From a virus (lineage: Duplodnaviria > Caudoviricetes): DNA of 64,000 bases. The translations under genes and the position numbers were made by a program. Location of the stretch: positions 156,296-220,295 of the IMG/VR virus record IMGVR_UViG_3300012983_000031, one strand, 5' to 3'. Positions within the stretch are counted from its first letter, which is position 1; every line of letters starts with the position of its first letter. The notes under the pieces are model-generated. The model saw only the letters and a list, made by a program, of their open reading frames with translations, made no database searches and was not told the DNA's origin. Below, piece by piece: positions 1 to 9,749 of this stretch.

Positions 1-38
1 ATGAGATAAATAAAGCGAAAAGGAACCTGCTTTTAAAA

Positions 39-293
39 ATGAAGAAGATTCTTGCGCTTATTCTGATTGCTACATTCACATCCTGCATAGGATTGGTAGA
101 TTATGGATATGATTATCCTGTGATGCCTCCACCACCTCCAAGACCGATGGTGACCTATGTTACAAGAACATGCTATTCATGCAACGGATCTGGCAGAGTT
201 AGGTTAGTTGACAGATATGGAAGGGTTATGTCAAGACGTTGCCATAGCTGCGGAGGAACTGGAAGAGTTACAATTAAAAGTTCGAGATATTGA
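39..293 (+). CDS. Putative lipoprotein with DnaJ-type zinc-finger repeats
   Basis: MKK + hydrophobic stretch + FTSC lipobox-like Cys; Pro-rich linker; CYSCNGSG and CHSCGGTG (CxxCxGxG) motifs. Confidence 0.65.
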   Translation: MKKILALILIATFTSCIGLVDYGYDYPVMPPPPPRPMVTYVTRTCYSCNGSGRVRLVDRYGRVMSRRCHSCGGTGRVTIKSSRY

Positions 294-326
294 TTTTTGT
301 AGTCATAATTTAGATTTTTTGTTTTT

Positions 327-357
327 GGGTCGAACTTTTTTGTTCGATCCTTTTTTA
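327..357 (+). terminator. Intrinsic terminator
   Basis: GGGTCGAAC-loop-GTTCGATCC followed by T-tract. Confidence 0.7.
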
Positions 358-396
358 TTTAAAAGAAAAGTTGTATCTTTGCAACAAATTTAAAAT

Positions 397-606
397 ATGT
401 TTATAGTGATGGAAGATAATAAAAACACAAATGTCAGCTGTGGCGGATGCGGATGCGGATGTCTTTCGCTTATTGTCACATTTCTTTTAATTACATTTAC
501 AGTTACATGTTTGGTTAATTCATGCAAGAGAGGCTCTCTGTGGGAAGGATGTGTGGAGACAGCACACGAGTATTATCAGACGGCGGATAGTGTTTGGAAC
601 AAATAA
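397..606 (+). CDS. Small Cys/Gly-rich membrane protein
   Basis: CGGCGCGC then one hydrophobic helix; TATCTTTG -7 promoter element at 374-381. Confidence 0.65.
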   Translation: MFIVMEDNKNTNVSCGGCGCGCLSLIVTFLLITFTVTCLVNSCKRGSLWEGCVETAHEYYQTADSVWNK

Positions 607-627
607 TTTAAAAATAAAAAAACAATT

Positions 628-1062
628 ATGTTAAACATCAACGATTTAATTATGAAGGCGATGAAGGAACGCCAGGAGCGTACTGTCATCGACACTTACC
701 GTGCAATTAAGGCAAAGATTCTTGAGTTTAAGACACAAAAGAACGCACCAGTATATGATGAGGCTGCTGAAGTTAAGCTGCTCCAGAAGATGTTAAAGGA
801 ACGCCAGGAGTCAGCTAATATCTACAAAAGCAACGGAAGAACAGATCTTGCTGACAATGAACTTCAGCAGGCGGATGTTATTTCACAATTGATTCCAGAT
901 CTGCCAAGCGAATTAGATGTTGAGGAATATATAGTTTCTCATTATCCTGATTTAATAGAGCAAAAGAAGATGGGTGCTGTTATTAAAGATGTTAAGTCAG
1001 TTTTCCCGTTGGCTGATGGATCTGTTATCGCTAATGTTGTTAAGAAATATATAAAGAAATGA
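628..1062 (+). CDS. yqeY: GatB/YqeY domain protein
   Basis: AMK...KMLKERQESANIY..NGRTDLADNE...MGAVIKDV...ADG pattern of the YqeY family. Confidence 0.85.
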   Translation: MLNINDLIMKAMKERQERTVIDTYRAIKAKILEFKTQKNAPVYDEAAEVKLLQKMLKERQESANIYKSNGRTDLADNELQQADVISQLIPDLPSELDVEEYIVSHYPDLIEQKKMGAVIKDVKSVFPLADGSVIANVVKKYIKK

Positions 1063-1841
1063 TTATGTCTCAAAAAACCATTGCAGACGTTTTGCGCAAT
1101 TGTCCGTTGAACAAAAAATTGTATTCAACGGCATATGGTGATTTGCTTTTTAAGTACGTTAAGTTTGACGACATTGTAACATTTTCAAATGAACATAATA
1201 AAGAAATAATATTCGATAGGAATGGTTATCTTTGTTATGGCGAGGTTGTCTTTAGTTGCACAGTAAAAGGAATGAAAGATGGTGGCGGATTTGTAAAAAA
1301 AAGCGATTCGTGCCTGTTGTTCCCGTGCAGAGGTAATCATACATGGGAAAATTGGAGGTCTGTGTTATTCGATCAAGGAGACATTCTTTTTGATGATGTT
1401 AGAACCAATGATGCTTATCAATTTGTTGCCTATGATGATATTGGTTGGATCGAGGTAGAAAATTCAAAAGCTCAAATATTAAATATGCCAATCAGTCATT
1501 TTCGGTTTGCATCGTTTGATGAATGTGAAAAATTTTATAATGATTTCACAACATCTGATGATGTAAAAAAAGATGAACCATCATGTGATTTTGACAAAAC
1601 GAAATATTTCTGTAAGCAGGATGAAAGTGAACATGATCCTAAGTTCAAACCATACGATAAGGTTATCATTCGTAATAACGACAATGATAGCTGGAAAGCG
1701 ACATTCTATTCACATGGTGTGATGAATCCAAATGGAACAATTGAACACTATACAACTGGCTGCACATATTGTGGTTACTGGCAATGCTTACCTTATAATG
1801 ATCAAACAAAACATCTTATCGGAACAGCAAACAAACCATAA
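1059..1841 (+). CDS. Hypothetical phage protein
   Basis: 260-aa ORF overlapping previous stop; C-terminal FKPYDKV...CLPYN...HLIGT motif recalled from Bacteroidota phage proteins. Confidence 0.75.
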   Translation: MIMSQKTIADVLRNCPLNKKLYSTAYGDLLFKYVKFDDIVTFSNEHNKEIIFDRNGYLCYGEVVFSCTVKGMKDGGGFVKKSDSCLLFPCRGNHTWENWRSVLFDQGDILFDDVRTNDAYQFVAYDDIGWIEVENSKAQILNMPISHFRFASFDECEKFYNDFTTSDDVKKDEPSCDFDKTKYFCKQDESEHDPKFKPYDKVIIRNNDNDSWKATFYSHGVMNPNGTIEHYTTGCTYCGYWQCLPYNDQTKHLIGTANKP

Positions 1842-1847
1842 AACAAA

Positions 1848-2411
1848 ATGGTAAAGGATAGACTATATGTTTTTTGCTTTTCCCATGAGGACTTTAATGA
1901 CTACATGAGGATGTCAAACCTGTTCGAGTCACCTGATTCTGAAATGGCTGTTATATCCATATGCTCACAGAACGATGATGACCCGTTCCATTGGTTTCAG
2001 GAAAACCCATACGGAAATGTACTGAACATAGATTTTGATGATATGGATCCATCAATATGGTGGAGATCAAACATGTATGATATTCTTATGGATAAGTATC
2101 TTGATGGGAAAAATGTGGATGATGAATTTAAGTTTTATGTTGATGATTGCCAATCATGTGAATTACATGCGATGACATATAATCAGGCTGAAAAAATAAC
2201 AAATTACATACGAACTAATATAGATCTTGGAATAAGAAAATTTTTCATCCATTGCTCCGCTGGAGTCTCGCGATCCCAAGGTGTTGTCAGGTATATCATG
2301 GATACATATGGCAATGAGTTTCAGGTGATAACAAGAAAAGAAAATCCATGCATCACACCTAACATACACGTTGTCAGAATGCTTAAACGAGTTGATCGTT
2401 TCAAGAGATAA
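1848..2411 (+). CDS. Protein-tyrosine/dual-specificity phosphatase-like protein
   Basis: HCSAGVSRS = HCxxGxxRS P-loop; upstream IDFDD; downstream PN. Confidence 0.85.
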   Translation: MVKDRLYVFCFSHEDFNDYMRMSNLFESPDSEMAVISICSQNDDDPFHWFQENPYGNVLNIDFDDMDPSIWWRSNMYDILMDKYLDGKNVDDEFKFYVDDCQSCELHAMTYNQAEKITNYIRTNIDLGIRKFFIHCSAGVSRSQGVVRYIMDTYGNEFQVITRKENPCITPNIHVVRMLKRVDRFKR

Positions 2412-2434
2412 ATAAAAAAAAAATGTAATACGCA

Positions 2435-3337
2435 ATGGTACATAAACTCAATGAGCAACGCAGAATACATAAGGCTGTTCAGATTGTAACAACTGTGGGA
2501 AACAAAACGGCTAAAGCTGGAGATATTACTGCGGAAACGATATATAATTCTACTAAGAATGAAGCGCATAATGAAGCAATTAATAAAATCGCAAATTATG
2601 TTGTGTATGAACTAAAGAGAAATAAAAGAAAAACTGAGGCAGAAAAGAAACCAGTGCTGAAGAATGGTGACTATTTTGCAGTGGATGGTGGCGCGGTAGG
2701 GATATTCAAAGAATATAGTAACGACGGTTTTATATCTGCATACGCTATTGTTGACAATGAAGGAAGATTGTTCGCTTCACCAAACGGAACGCATACCGTT
2801 GAAGTTCGTAACGATAGCACACGATTTGCTTATAAGCATGAAATATCAATGATAAACAGCGAACTCCAGGAACATGGATATACATGGAAAGCTGACACAA
2901 AAGAATTAATATATGGAAGATGGACACCTAAGATGGGTGAACTCTATTATTATCTTCTCATAAAAGGAGCGTGCGAGTTCTTTGTTGCAGATGGTGAATG
3001 GAAGGATTCCGCAGCAGATAAGAACAGGAACGAGAACGGTAACTGCTTCATGACAAGACAGGATGCTGCTGCATGGATGAAGAAACTTAATGATGCAACA
3101 AAAGAAGTTCGTGAGGAAATGATGAACAAGGCGAACCCTTGGATTGGATATGTGCCGAAGGATGAGATCAAAGATGAGATTAAAGATGAGCCGATTGTTC
3201 CAAAGGATGAGTCAAAGGATGAGCCGATACAGGAACAGATTGAAGAAGAAACTCCAAAAACAACAGAAACAGATAATGTCGAAAAGAAAAGTAAAGTTGG
3301 CATACTTATCAATGCCTATCACAGGTTATTCGGTTGA
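2435..3337 (+). CDS. Hypothetical protein
   Basis: 300-aa ORF, acidic low-complexity tail with KDE repeats. Confidence 0.75.
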   Translation: MVHKLNEQRRIHKAVQIVTTVGNKTAKAGDITAETIYNSTKNEAHNEAINKIANYVVYELKRNKRKTEAEKKPVLKNGDYFAVDGGAVGIFKEYSNDGFISAYAIVDNEGRLFASPNGTHTVEVRNDSTRFAYKHEISMINSELQEHGYTWKADTKELIYGRWTPKMGELYYYLLIKGACEFFVADGEWKDSAADKNRNENGNCFMTRQDAAAWMKKLNDATKEVREEMMNKANPWIGYVPKDEIKDEIKDEPIVPKDESKDEPIQEQIEEETPKTTETDNVEKKSKVGILINAYHRLFG

Positions 3338-3590
3338 TGAAAGAATTAAACGGGCTGATATGCTGAAGGTCGCTCTGGCACATGAATACGACTGTGGCGT
3401 TATCAGCCCTTTTGATGCAGCACCGTATGATCCGAACAAGCCTTATGGACAATGCATGAAAGAATGTATTTCCAAATTGATTGATTGCGATATGGTTATA
3501 TTTGATAGCGGATGGTATAACTCCAACGGTTGCAGGATAGAAGCAGAGGTAGCAAGAGGATGTGAAAAGGAAATGATATTCTTGCACTGA
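3276..3590 (+). CDS. DUF4406 family protein (nucleoside 2-deoxyribosyltransferase-like fold)
   Basis: AYLSMPITG...SPF...LIDCD...GW..SNGCRIE..VA; start reassigned to ATG 3276. Confidence 0.8.
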   Translation: MSKRKVKLAYLSMPITGYSVDERIKRADMLKVALAHEYDCGVISPFDAAPYDPNKPYGQCMKECISKLIDCDMVIFDSGWYNSNGCRIEAEVARGCEKEMIFLH

Positions 3591-4435
3591 TGAATGATTA
3601 TCATTATAATATTGATGTCATGAAATATGTTGACAAGATGAAGCATTTCTGCCAGGTAAACGGAGTAAAGCTTAATCTTGTAAATCCTATAACGATACAG
3701 GATAAGCTTGCATGGCTAAACATTTATGATGAAAATCCGCTTAAGGTAAAATGTGCAGATAAAATTCATCTTCGTGATTATTCTTTAGATGTTCTCGGAG
3801 AAGATTTGTGCATTCCAATAATCAAAGTTTATGATAATGTGAATGATATAGATTGGAATGAATTACCGAACCAATTCGTTATCAAATGTAATCACGGTTC
3901 TGGTATGAACATTATTGTAAAGGATAAAAGCAAGTTGGATGTTAACAAAGCTGTTCGTCAACTAAATGTATGGATGAAAGATGATTTTTCTATGCGTAAC
4001 GGATTTGAAGCTCATTATCATGATATACCACATAAAATTTTTGTAGAGGAATATAAAGAATGTAACGGAACAATTCCATACGATTATAAGTTCCTGTGTT
4101 TCAATGGAGAACCAGTGTATGTTCAGTTGTTTGCTGAACGGTTTGGAAAAGATAGGCACATGAATTATTATGATATGGATTTCAATTATGTCAATCTCTG
4201 CAGAAGAGATTTCAAAAACAATCTGAAAGCGAACCACAAAAAGCCGATAAGATTTAATGACATGATCGAAATGGCAAGGAAACTGGCAAAGCCGTTCAAG
4301 TTCGTTCGCGTGGATCTTTATTGCATAGATGACAAGATATATCTTGGCGAACTGACATTTACCCCAGGGGCGTGCGTGTTCAAATACAAAAACGATATGG
4401 ATAACAAAAGGGTTGGAGATCTTCTTAATATATAA
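3590..4435 (+). CDS. TupA-like ATP-grasp protein
   Basis: ADK, FVIKCNHGSG, IFVEEY, DYKFLCFNG, FVRVDLY, GELTFTPG motifs of ATPgrasp_TupA. Confidence 0.9.
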   Translation: MNDYHYNIDVMKYVDKMKHFCQVNGVKLNLVNPITIQDKLAWLNIYDENPLKVKCADKIHLRDYSLDVLGEDLCIPIIKVYDNVNDIDWNELPNQFVIKCNHGSGMNIIVKDKSKLDVNKAVRQLNVWMKDDFSMRNGFEAHYHDIPHKIFVEEYKECNGTIPYDYKFLCFNGEPVYVQLFAERFGKDRHMNYYDMDFNYVNLCRRDFKNNLKANHKKPIRFNDMIEMARKLAKPFKFVRVDLYCIDDKIYLGELTFTPGACVFKYKNDMDNKRVGDLLNI

Positions 4436-4453
4436 AACAAAAACAGAAAAGAA

Positions 4454-6445
4454 ATGAACATTTATCTTACTGCGATAGCAAAAAACGAATACAAATACAT
4501 TTATGAATTTGTATCTCATCACATCAATATAGGGTTTGACAAAATCATAATATATGATAACAACGATCCGAATGGAGAGTCATATAATGATCTTCTTAAA
4601 GAATATTTAGATAACGGAAAGGTTGAGATAATTGATGTTCGTGGTAAAAAGTGTCAGCAGCTTATTGTATATCATGATGAATATATTCGTAATGCTAATG
4701 TTGACGGATGGATGTTCTTTCTTGATATTGATGAATTTATCATCATGCAGTCATGTGCTGACATTCATGAGTTCATGTCAAAGGAAATATTTAATGGATA
4801 TAACCAGATTCTTTTCAACTGGATGACAATGAGTGATGATAATAAAGTATATTATGAGCCGCTTCCTCTCCGTAAACGATTCAAGAGACCAGTGATGACA
4901 ATGGAGGGATCATTACTGTGCGACATGAATCGCCATGTAAAGTGTGCAGTTCGTTTGAATTGCGTTAAGAATATAATATTCTACACACCTCATAATGCTT
5001 TTAATGTTCTTCCAGTGTGTGACCCGTTGGGAAAGGAACTCCAGAACGGACCATTTAACTACAATCCAGATTATTCAGAAATTTTTATCAAACATTACCA
5101 TTATAAAACCATAGAGGAGTTTGTCACAAACAAGATGACAAAGGGATTCTCCGACGGTTCTTTCAACGAGTCAAATAAGTTTCAGGATTTTTTTGATAAA
5201 AATGATCTTACAGTTGAAAAGGCGAAATGGATGATTGATTACATATTCAAATTGCAAAATGGTTTGATACCGACAAATGTGTCAAACAATAAGGTTTCAT
5301 TATCTAATAGTAGCAAGATGAAACTTTTCATCAGACTATATTATAAATTCGAGGCTATATACACCTGTGCCGATTATATAGGCAGAGAGGATGACGCGCT
5401 CATCAAAAATCAATTTAACATTATTGTCAACAATGTTCTTGATGAGATAATGCCTATCATAAGATCGTTTTCAAATTTATTTGATAAGATTGAACCAGAA
5501 CTTGTTTACTTAAAAAATAATGTTATACCATATATCAATTCAAAATCAGATAACATTTCAACCGTTAAAAATGATATATTGTCATGGAGCTATAAATGGC
5601 GTTCGCTTATAAAGCTTGCTGAAAATCTTTATGGGGCAGAAAATGTTCCAGATGAAGACATAAAAAACCATGACAACATGTTGACGAGATTCAAGGTTGA
5701 TTTATACACCGTTTGCTGGAACGAAATAGATCTTCTTCCGTTTACCATTGATTATTGGAAACGATTTGTTAACCATGCGTATGTATTTGACAACGGATCG
5801 AATGATGGAACCATAGAGTATCTGAAACAATTCAAATGGATAACTGTTATACCATTTGAAACAGATGGAATAAATGATGAGGTTATGCTGTCTATAAAGA
5901 ATGAAATGTGGAAACATTCAAAAGGTTCTGCAGATTATGTTGTTGTGTGTGACATAGATGAATGCCTATATGCAAAGGATCTTGAAGCGGAACTTGTTTA
6001 CATGAATCATGCAAAACAATCTGTATGTCATCCAAGATGGTATAATATGATTGGTACAGAATTGTATGAACACCAAGAAGGTAAGTACCTTCATGAGATT
6101 ATGAGAAACTCGTATGAAGGGAACATTTATGATAAAGCACTTCTGTTCAACCCAAATTACATTACTGATATAAATTATGAACCTGGATGTCATGTTTGCA
6201 AACCTTCTCCACAAGATTATGATGTGTATAATGGAAATAGAATATTCTGTTTTCACTATTCACGGGCGTTCGGTGTAGATTATGCCATAAGAAAAACTCA
6301 TATAAACGGTAAACGCCTGTCCGAAACAAACAGGATAAAAGGATACGGAATACACTATACGTATTCTGATGAAAGAGTCAGAGAAGCGTATGAGAGAAAT
6401 TTACAGAAATCATTTGATGTAAATCCAATCATTGATGAAGAATAA
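4454..6445 (+). CDS. Two-domain glycosyltransferase (GT2-like Glyco_tranf_2_4/GT92-like domains)
   Basis: Two GT-A modules: AIAKNE..IYDNN..FLDIDEF..HY and VCWNE..FDNGSNDGT..VCDIDE..HY. Confidence 0.85.
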   Translation: MNIYLTAIAKNEYKYIYEFVSHHINIGFDKIIIYDNNDPNGESYNDLLKEYLDNGKVEIIDVRGKKCQQLIVYHDEYIRNANVDGWMFFLDIDEFIIMQSCADIHEFMSKEIFNGYNQILFNWMTMSDDNKVYYEPLPLRKRFKRPVMTMEGSLLCDMNRHVKCAVRLNCVKNIIFYTPHNAFNVLPVCDPLGKELQNGPFNYNPDYSEIFIKHYHYKTIEEFVTNKMTKGFSDGSFNESNKFQDFFDKNDLTVEKAKWMIDYIFKLQNGLIPTNVSNNKVSLSNSSKMKLFIRLYYKFEAIYTCADYIGREDDALIKNQFNIIVNNVLDEIMPIIRSFSNLFDKIEPELVYLKNNVIPYINSKSDNISTVKNDILSWSYKWRSLIKLAENLYGAENVPDEDIKNHDNMLTRFKVDLYTVCWNEIDLLPFTIDYWKRFVNHAYVFDNGSNDGTIEYLKQFKWITVIPFETDGINDEVMLSIKNEMWKHSKGSADYVVVCDIDECLYAKDLEAELVYMNHAKQSVCHPRWYNMIGTELYEHQEGKYLHEIMRNSYEGNIYDKALLFNPNYITDINYEPGCHVCKPSPQDYDVYNGNRIFCFHYSRAFGVDYAIRKTHINGKRLSETNRIKGYGIHYTYSDERVREAYERNLQKSFDVNPIIDEE

Positions 6446-6447
6446 CA

Positions 6448-7206
6448 ATGGCAAAGATAGTTATATATACTTGCATCATTGGAAAATATGATACACCATG
6501 CGATGACTTTGAAAAGCGTGAAGGATATGATTATAAATTGTATTCAGATATTGCAATAAATACGAACTCCTGGAATAGCTATATAATCAAGTTGGCGAAC
6601 TTAGATGAGCTTGGCGAGACGAAATGCCAGCGGTACATAAAGACGCATCCGTTCGAGTTTCTTAACGATTATGATGTTGTTGTGTATATTGACGCGAACA
6701 CAAGGATTGACGATAAGCTTTACAGATACATAGAGGCGAACATGGAAAATCCGATAACGTTTAAGGTTCACCCTAAAAGGAAATGTATATATGAGGAACT
6801 TAAAGAGTGCTGCATACGGATGAAAGAGGATCAAAAAATGTGCAATTTTCTTTATAGCAGGTATGAGAATGAGCGTTACCCAGCAAAAAATGGTTTGTTC
6901 GAGAATAATATAATCATATCACATCCAAAAGATCCTAACGTTCAGGAAATATTCAGGCGTTGGTGGGATGAGATAAACATGTATTCAAAAAGGGATCAGC
7001 TTTCTTTGAATTATGTTTTGTGGAAATATGATTTAAAAAAATATGTGCATGCTGCTGCGACAAAGGATTTCCCTCCACGGAAGCATCACCCGTTGGGTTC
7101 GTTAGTGATCGAGGACAAAGAATCAGATAAAAAACCAAAACAAAAATCAGAAAAAAAAGTGGCAGAATTTTTCGGAAAAAAAATTGAAATATTCTATAAA
7201 AAATAA
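6448..7206 (+). CDS. DUF616 (TOD1/MUCI70-like) glycosyltransferase-like protein
   Basis: YTCIIGKYD, YIDAN, HP.R.CIYEE, WW.EI...SKRDQLS.NYV. Confidence 0.85.
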   Translation: MAKIVIYTCIIGKYDTPCDDFEKREGYDYKLYSDIAINTNSWNSYIIKLANLDELGETKCQRYIKTHPFEFLNDYDVVVYIDANTRIDDKLYRYIEANMENPITFKVHPKRKCIYEELKECCIRMKEDQKMCNFLYSRYENERYPAKNGLFENNIIISHPKDPNVQEIFRRWWDEINMYSKRDQLSLNYVLWKYDLKKYVHAAATKDFPPRKHHPLGSLVIEDKESDKKPKQKSEKKVAEFFGKKIEIFYKK

Positions 7207-7409
7207 TTGAAAATTTTTTTTGAAATATTTTATAAAAAATAATTGGGAAAATTTTTTGAAAATTTTTTTGAAAAAAAATGAAAAATTTTTTAAAAATATT
7301 TTTTTATATAAAATAAAAGTTGTAACTTTGCAACAGAATTTAATAACATACAAGTAATGTTGCTTGCATTTTCGAAATACAAGTATATACGCTTTCAAAA
7401 AACATTTAT

Positions 7410-7670
7410 ATGAATAATATTTTATCGAAAGAACAGATAGATGTTTTTATAAAAACATATTGCGCTACACTTACAGGATTGTTTGCTGCAGATAAAAATA
7501 ACACCCTGTCGGTGCATGACGCGATTGATTGGGCGGCAAAAACAGCCATGTTCACTGTTGAACGCCTTACGGATCAAATTGGTCTTCTGTCAGCGCGTCA
7601 AATGATAGAGAACCTTAAGAATGTTGAACGTTCTAACAATCCAGATTATCCTAATGTGACAACAAGATAA
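7410..7670 (+). CDS. Hypothetical protein
   Basis: ORF downstream of TAACTTTG promoter element (7323-7330). Confidence 0.65.
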   Translation: MNNILSKEQIDVFIKTYCATLTGLFAADKNNTLSVHDAIDWAAKTAMFTVERLTDQIGLLSARQMIENLKNVERSNNPDYPNVTTR

Positions 7671-7779
7671 AAGTACTCCATAATTATATTTCAAATTGCT
7701 TCCGTGACATATCGGCGATATATTTAGACGACAGTTATAATTCTCCATATTCAACACAGCTGAATACATGTCACGGGTT

Positions 7780-7815
7780 TAGGGTCATCCTTCAAAAAAA
7801 GGTGACCCTTTTTTA
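7780..7815 (+). terminator. Intrinsic terminator
   Basis: AGGGTCATCC...GGTGACCCT + T-tract. Confidence 0.7.
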
Positions 7816-7868
7816 TTTGTGAATGATTCACAAAAAAGGATCGCCAGAGTGTAGCGATCCAATGTTCG

Positions 7869-8063
7869 TTAGATTAAGTTTCCACATGGTTTCCAATCTG
7901 CGATGAAAGTTTTAGAAATGGATTCTAACAATGGTGGAATCGGTTTCTGGAGTTCGCTGTTAACATTTGTTAACTTTTGAACCTCGGTTGTTTGTTTAAC
8001 ATCTGTTAACATTTCAGTGTTATCACCTATTAAAATATGTTTATAAATGTTAATTTGTTGCAT
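7869..8063 (-). CDS. Possible small protein
   Basis: Between a minus-strand -7 element (8088-8095) and a terminator (7831-7860); sequence is rich in TTAAC motifs so may be non-coding. Confidence 0.35.
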   Translation of the reverse strand: MQQINIYKHILIGDNTEMLTDVKQTTEVQKLTNVNSELQKPIPPLLESISKTFIADWKPCGNLI

Positions 8064-8354
8064 TGTATTTGGTAGTTAAATCTGTTGCAAAGTTACATCG
8101 AATATTTTATATAGAAAAGAAATTGTATGATGAATGTTCAATTTCACATTTGTTAACAAACGTGTTTGCGTTCAGTAATGTCAATGACATTACTTATTTT
8201 CGATAATGTCAATGACATTACCGAACTCCAGCGAACACCACACATCTCTCATCGTATGGGTGCCACGCATTTTGTAATGTCATTGTCATTACCAAAGTTG
8301 GATAAATAGAGAGATATACAAATGTGTATATTATATAATGAGTAGAAAATAAAG

Positions 8355-8750
8355 ATGGAAACAGAGATAAGTAAATATTGGAGAACTGAGTTAGGTCGTG
8401 AGTTCAGGGCAAAGATACTTAATAAGATAGGAATGTATGCGGAGAATCTTGGAGTTCTTGACGTTCTCGATGGTAGGAAATATCATGCAAGTTTTAACTT
8501 AAGTTCAGTAATAGCAACAATAATTCCGTTGAGTATGTCATGCAACATGTCTTCACGAAAGGTTTCGTTTGTCGCTTATATAAATGTTGACGGGCATGTG
8601 AATAAGTCTGGAGAATGGATTAGGGATAATATTGAACTTTTTGATACACAGTTAAATAAAATCAATACAGATATTGTTTGTGTTAACAGCCTTTTGATAT
8701 TACTCGACTGTTTGCATACCGCTGTGCAGACAAATAAAATAATAAAATGA
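8355..8750 (+). CDS. Hypothetical protein
   Basis: 131-aa ORF directly after the triple palindrome; GATAAATA at 8301-8308 upstream. Confidence 0.7.
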   Translation: METEISKYWRTELGREFRAKILNKIGMYAENLGVLDVLDGRKYHASFNLSSVIATIIPLSMSCNMSSRKVSFVAYINVDGHVNKSGEWIRDNIELFDTQLNKINTDIVCVNSLLILLDCLHTAVQTNKIIK

Positions 8751-8756
8751 TGGCAG

Positions 8757-8813
8757 TTAACAACATTTAACACAAAATATTTTGTAGTTACATATATTAT
8801 GCTTACCTTTGCA
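8757..8813 (+). promoter_or_regulatory. Bacteroidota sigma-A promoter for the phage sigma gene
   Basis: TTAACAACATTTAAC...TTTG...TACCTTTG (-7 at 8804-8811). Confidence 0.8.
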
Positions 8814-8843
8814 GATGAATTAAAAACAAAAGCAATTTGAATT

Positions 8844-9704
8844 ATGATTATCAACAAATCTTCGGATAGTGTTTACGTCAGGGGAAGACAGGAGGTTCTT
8901 TTCAGATACCTCAACATGTTCAGAAAGTATAAGCCCCTAACTTTTGAAAAGGAGAATGAGTACATCACCAGATACAAGGTTGATGGCGATTTGAATGCAA
9001 GGGACATGCTGATTAAGTGCAACCAGCGTTTCCTTTATTCTGCTGCGAAAAGGTTTTCAAGCGATGCGGAAACCATTCTCGACCTCATTGATGAGGGAAA
9101 CCTTGGTCTTATAGAAGCCATTGAAAAATTCGATTTCACCTTTGGCGTTCGTCTTCTTTCCTACGCACAGGCGTACATATCAAGAAATATGGTGAACTAC
9201 TTCTGTAACGACAGGATGATAACTCGACCGATGGATACAAAAATCGGTAGCCGTGTTGCTAACGAACGTAATATCTTTTACAGCATCTATCAGCGTGAGC
9301 CAACTTATGATGAACTTCGTGACATCCTTTACAAGAAATATGGCATTGACGTAAAGTCAGATGATGACCTTTCACAAAACAGAGTTGTTCGCATTGATGA
9401 TCCAGTTTTTGACGGTGAAAATTCATACACGGTTGAGAACACAGATGAATATCTTAACGCAACGAACTGCTACAACGATTACGACAAGACGATAGAGCAG
9501 GACAACACAAAGGCTATTGTTCTGGCGGCGTTGAACAAGATTAACCCGAAAGAGGCTGAAATCGTGAAGATGCGATACGGTATCGGTTATGATCACGAAT
9601 ACATGCCTTGGGAGATTGCAAGCGTGTACAATGTCACTGAAACCAGAATACACCAGATTGTGGCGAAGGCAACAAAGTCGCTCGAATATGTTATGACAGC
9701 ATAA
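8844..9704 (+). CDS. Phage-encoded RNA polymerase sigma-70 family factor
   Basis: Region 1.2 (YL..F.KYKPLTFEKE), region 2 (DLIDEGNLGLIEAIEKFD...LLSYA), region 4 HTH (RYGIG...EIASVYNVTETRIHQI). Confidence 0.92.
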   Translation: MIINKSSDSVYVRGRQEVLFRYLNMFRKYKPLTFEKENEYITRYKVDGDLNARDMLIKCNQRFLYSAAKRFSSDAETILDLIDEGNLGLIEAIEKFDFTFGVRLLSYAQAYISRNMVNYFCNDRMITRPMDTKIGSRVANERNIFYSIYQREPTYDELRDILYKKYGIDVKSDDDLSQNRVVRIDDPVFDGENSYTVENTDEYLNATNCYNDYDKTIEQDNTKAIVLAALNKINPKEAEIVKMRYGIGYDHEYMPWEIASVYNVTETRIHQIVAKATKSLEYVMTA

Positions 9705-9749
9705 TGATACAATAACATAATGTTTAATAAAAAAAATACAGAAACGATT

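Noticed and set aside
8175-8292. Palindrome as a known parS, matS, CIRCE or LexA site
   Set aside because: Arms and spacing do not match those consensi as I know them; only the general dyad architecture is similar.
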